NCBI RefSeq assembly: GCF_004010195.1
Contig: NW_025213354.1
Coordinates: 1 to 32,367, forward strand
Reading direction: 5' to 3'
DNA from: Chiloscyllium plagiosum
Taxonomy: Eukaryota
DNA: 32,367 nt
Of this stretch, positions 28,980 through 32,367 are shown piece after piece; position 1 is the first letter of the stretch, and each line of letters opens with the position of its first letter. Position numbers and translations under genes: made by a program. The notes beneath the pieces are model-generated. The model was not told the DNA's origin, made no database searches, and worked only from the letters and a program-made list of their open reading frames with translations.

Positions 28980-29600
28980 TATCACTTTTTGAATATAAAG
29001 GACTCCAGGAAGTTACATAGAAAAATGTTGGGTCAATGAAAGAGACCAAGAGTATGGTCAAAGAGGTGCTTGAAAGGAGAGGGAGATATTGCGATTGAGG
29101 AGTTTGGCAGAATGCAAATGGGAATGAGGTGGTTGACTGGAACAGAGAGTCAGTGTTGCAGGGTCACAGTGATACATAGGAGGCTTAAAAAACTCTATGT
29201 AGGCCAGTATGCCATCACCAAGTCACCCTTTATTTACACATGTACAGTACATCGACTCTGAGAAGCTAGCTCAAAGCCAGTCCCCAGAGTGAGGAGACTC
29301 CTGTTTATATCTGTCAGCCAGGACGCCTTGACTGATCCAGGTTAACAGCCTCAATCAGGGATCTCATATTAAACATATCCACCAGACCCCTGTTCCAATT
29401 ATTATAGGGGGCCATGTCAGAAGGCAGGAGTTTAAAATGAAAAAGGGAGAGACTTAGAGATGGAAGAGTTATAAACATTGAGCTGTATATGTCTACAGAG
29501 AGATTTTAATGTCAAGCAGCTGAATCTTAAATCTGGAGGCTGTGACCCAGTGCACATGTTCGACAGTATGGCAGAGAAAACTGGAGGGAAACAATGGAGA
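28980..29600 (-). mobile_element. Old L2-clade LINE 3' region, split by a solo LTR
   Basis: Purine-rich degenerate match to the recalled L2 3' end (gaccaagagtatggtcaaagagg..tgaaaggagaggga..; agagatggaag..gagagattttaa..gaatcttaaat). Confidence 0.45.
29185..29406 (-). mobile_element. Solo LTR (probably Gypsy-type)
   Basis: On the minus strand: CCCTGATTG, TATA-like GATATAAA (about 29304-29311) and AATAAA (about 29229-29234) in LTR order. The TG..CA ends are degenerate. Flanks are GGAGGC and GGGGGC. Confidence 0.6.
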
Positions 29601-30919
29601 GGATATGGGATCAGAAGCTCAGCTCGTGCTGTGATAGGGACAATGGGTCTGCCAAGGGCAGGGGGTGGGGAGTCACAAATATGATATAAACCCCAACCCA
29701 GCTGGAAACACTGGATGTCTGGCAGCATTTGGTGAGAGAGGAAAACAGAGTTGCTGTGCTAAATGATCTTGGCCCTGTGGAGAAGGGTTTAGAGGCTGAG
29801 GGAATATCGGGAAGAACAAGCCTGGAACGTTCCATACTGCAGTCATACATACGGGGAACCTTCCTGGCCTCGGCTTGGTTCAGATTAAACAGTCCTTTGC
29901 ACAGAGACATGGAAGCACTTAGGGACAACTGTACAATGGCACCAGTATTTTCACACCATTGGGTGGCCTAATCCACCATCAAGGGAGGAAGGAGTGAGCT
30001 CATTTGAGGGACACTCCTACTAAATGGCCATTCTCCTCTATGATGGAGCCATAGGGATGAAAGGGCACAGCAGCATTCAAAAAGAGTCCTGCAGAGAGAA
30101 TTCCCCTCCATCCGGGTTTTTTCTGTCACCTTGATGCTCCTTTATGTGAGGACATCAGTGCAAGCAACCGATTAATCCTCCATTGTAGAGTGACGGTTAG
30201 TTATATCCTTACTCCAAGTATAGCTACTGAGAGTGAGCAGAAAGAACTATGTTGTAGGCATGTCAGATCACGTAGAATTGGAGCATGTCTCTGTAAGGCT
30301 ACAAGAGCATGAACTGTCTCACCATTCCTTGTCAATATTTGCATCAATAAAATTGTTGAAGTTCAACTTGCAGCTAGTGACATTGTACCAGGATGGGAGA
30401 GAGAGCAGCCAGTGTAAACCACACTGTCAGGCAGCTGCAGGAGGTGAGAAACATGCACCAGTTAAAACAAACATTAAACAGAAGGTACTAGAAATGCTGA
30501 ACCGGGTCTGTTAGCATCTGCGAGGAGAATGGTGAAGGCAGCTACAGTCAGACGGGCTGTGAAAGTGGAGTGTGCAGCCCAGCTTCTTACATGGCAGCAA
30601 GTGGTGAACCTGCCCATCGACCTGAAGGCAAACCACTGTCAAGAGCCCAAAGTGAAACCCAGAAATAGCACCATTTTACAGTAAAGTCTGAGGGTGATGC
30701 AGTGATCCCAAGCCAGAGCTGGGCAAGTCCCTGGGGAGAAGCTATTACAGTGAAGAGAGAAGAGGTAAAGGAAGAGGCCTATGCTTCCACCTTCCACAGC
30801 TCCCAAAAGCAGAAGAGATTGTGGGGTGAAGGAGAACTGAGGTATAAGAAGGAGGATTCAGTTGAAGGATACTGTCATCATCAATAGTTACAGCATTGCT
30901 ACTTGAACATGTCAGAAAT

Positions 30920-31410
30920 GGCTGCTTCATCGATGTCAAGCTCCATCTCCTCCCTTGGGGCATAAGGCCATGCAGTCGGGTCTGACCCACTCAGTAACTG
31001 CAACATCCCATTGTCTCTGACCTTGTCTGACAAAAGCGAATGGAGCCAGTGAGCGTGGCTACTCTGGCTGTTGTAACTGAATAACTGGGTGTGTGTGAAA
31101 GTTATGAGATCTTGTGCAGAGGCATGGAGCAGGCCTCAGTGAGTGAAGTTGAGGAGAAGCTATGAATCCTGATTGTCGGAACTTGAGCGATGAGATCCTG
31201 ACCACTCAGTAGACGTTTGTCACACTGTATACAGCCCCTTTGGCCTGATTCCAGGCATTGAATGCTACTCCTAAATCCCATTGCCTTCTGTGAGTTTGCC
31301 AGGTGGAGCTCCAAGTCTGTTACAAAGAGTGGCACAATTCATTTCTCGTGCATCTTCTCAGCTGAGTCCATCAGCGTAGCTTTGTAAAATCTTGGAAGCA
31401 ACATTTTCTT
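30920..31410 (-). pseudogene. Probable decayed two-exon Myb/SANT-like ORF of a PIF/Harbinger transposon
   Basis: Exon 1 relic NAWNQ..IQCDKR (cf. recalled R+..QC+K+..DL motif). Acceptor TTTTGTCAG at 31035-31027 is followed by KVRDN..GQTRLHGLMP..EEMELDI (cf. K..HN...TGGG..L..LTP.EE..L.I). Multiple frameshifts. Confidence 0.4.
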
Positions 31411-31554
31411 AGGTTCAACATTGATGGTGTTTCCTTCAGAACCAGATCCAACTTGATTTTAAGCACACGTTACAGCCATAATGCCCTTCTCCCTTAACGT
31501 GATAGAGCCTGGCTTTAAGAAGGGCATGACTTCTTTAACAGGTACAATAGCTAA

Positions 31555-31675
31555 ATGCTGCTGATGCTGGGATTCTGAAATCAATACAAAACATTCTTAT
31601 CAAGTCTGACTGCAGCCCTACCTTCATCATTCTCTATAGATGCTGCCAGACCTGCAGAGCATCTTCTGGTTTCAC
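31555..31675. mobile_element. Old PLE terminus remnant (similar relics at about 17250-17340 and 30465-30530)
   Basis: gctgatgctgggattctgaaatcaa...tagatgctgccagacctgcagag, related to 11360-11540. Confidence 0.5.
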
Positions 31676-31881
31676 TGGTGCTAGCTCCTCACATGCTGGG
31701 TCTCCTGTAGATACAGACAGCTGTCTATCAGGGCAGTTCGCTCATTCTTGTCCTGGTACAATGTCACCAGCTCCAAGTTGGCATGCTGCCTGCATCAGAA
31801 GCAATGGGCACAGGTTATTCAAGTATTGGGATCTTCCGCCCTTCCTGTGATATTGAATTCCACGGCCTGGCTGTGTAGGTT

Positions 31882-32188
31882 TTAGATTACATTACAGTGT
31901 GGAAACAGGCCCTTCGGCCCAACAAGTCCACACCGACCCGCCGAAGCATAACCTACCCATAACCCTACATTTAACCCTTACCTAACACTACGGGCGATTT
32001 AGCATGGCCAATTCACCTGACCTGCACATCTTTGGACTGTGGGAGGAAACCAGAGCACCCGGAGGAAACCCACGCAGACACGGGGAGAATGTGCAAACTC
32101 CACACAGTCAGTCGTCTGAGGCGGGAATTGAACCCGGGTCTCTGGCGCTGTGAGGCAGCAGTGCTAACCACTGTGCCACCGTGCCACC
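31882..32188 (-). mobile_element. HE1-like SINE, full length, little diverged
   Basis: Close reverse complement of 14672-14988. Confidence 0.95.
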
Positions 32189-32367
32189 GTTTTCATCAGG
32201 AATGATGAGGTACATGTAGCCAGGAACAGGAAGCTCCTGAAGGGAAGCAGATGAACCCTATCCCTGGGGAAACTGAGTTAAAATTTTATTTACTGTGAAC
32301 CAGTAAGCAACAATATCAAATCATTCCAACCAGTTCATTTACTGAGGCCATTATAGTGTTTATAAAG

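Noticed and set aside
29611..29971. Overlapping 80-105 aa ORFs on both strands
   Set aside because: They have no recognisable domain and probably represent very old LINE-derived sequence next to the L2 relic.

Overview
This is repeat-dense, non-genic vertebrate DNA. The HE1-type SINEs and HER1/CR1-type LINEs point to an elasmobranch (shark) genome; this is inferred from the repeat families, not proven. I find no intact protein-coding gene. The recognisable ORFs are pieces of decayed CR1/L2 LINEs, Penelope-like elements (PLEs) or SINEs, and the rest show no motif I recognise. Main contents: (i) six HE1-like tRNA-derived SINEs plus fragments of other SINE families; (ii) several CR1 and L2 fragments, including two about 2-kb CR1 ORF2 pseudogenes with mutated YADD-type motifs; (iii) at least three PLE families whose termini carry minimal type I hammerhead-ribozyme cores and repeatedly form fold-back structures, including a perfect 73-bp-arm palindrome inserted in a CR1 with a 16-bp target-site duplication; (iv) a decaying tRNA cluster at about 6.5-17.6 kb with one near-intact tRNA-Ser(GCT), a duplicated half-copy and Thr/Ile pseudogenes; (v) a 1.5-kb 32/33-bp minisatellite that is not a CRISPR array, plus smaller tandem repeats; (vi) a solo LTR, a probable Harbinger Myb/SANT relic and a 27-N assembly gap. 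Family names come from recalled consensus motifs and need Dfam/Repbase/Rfam confirmation.
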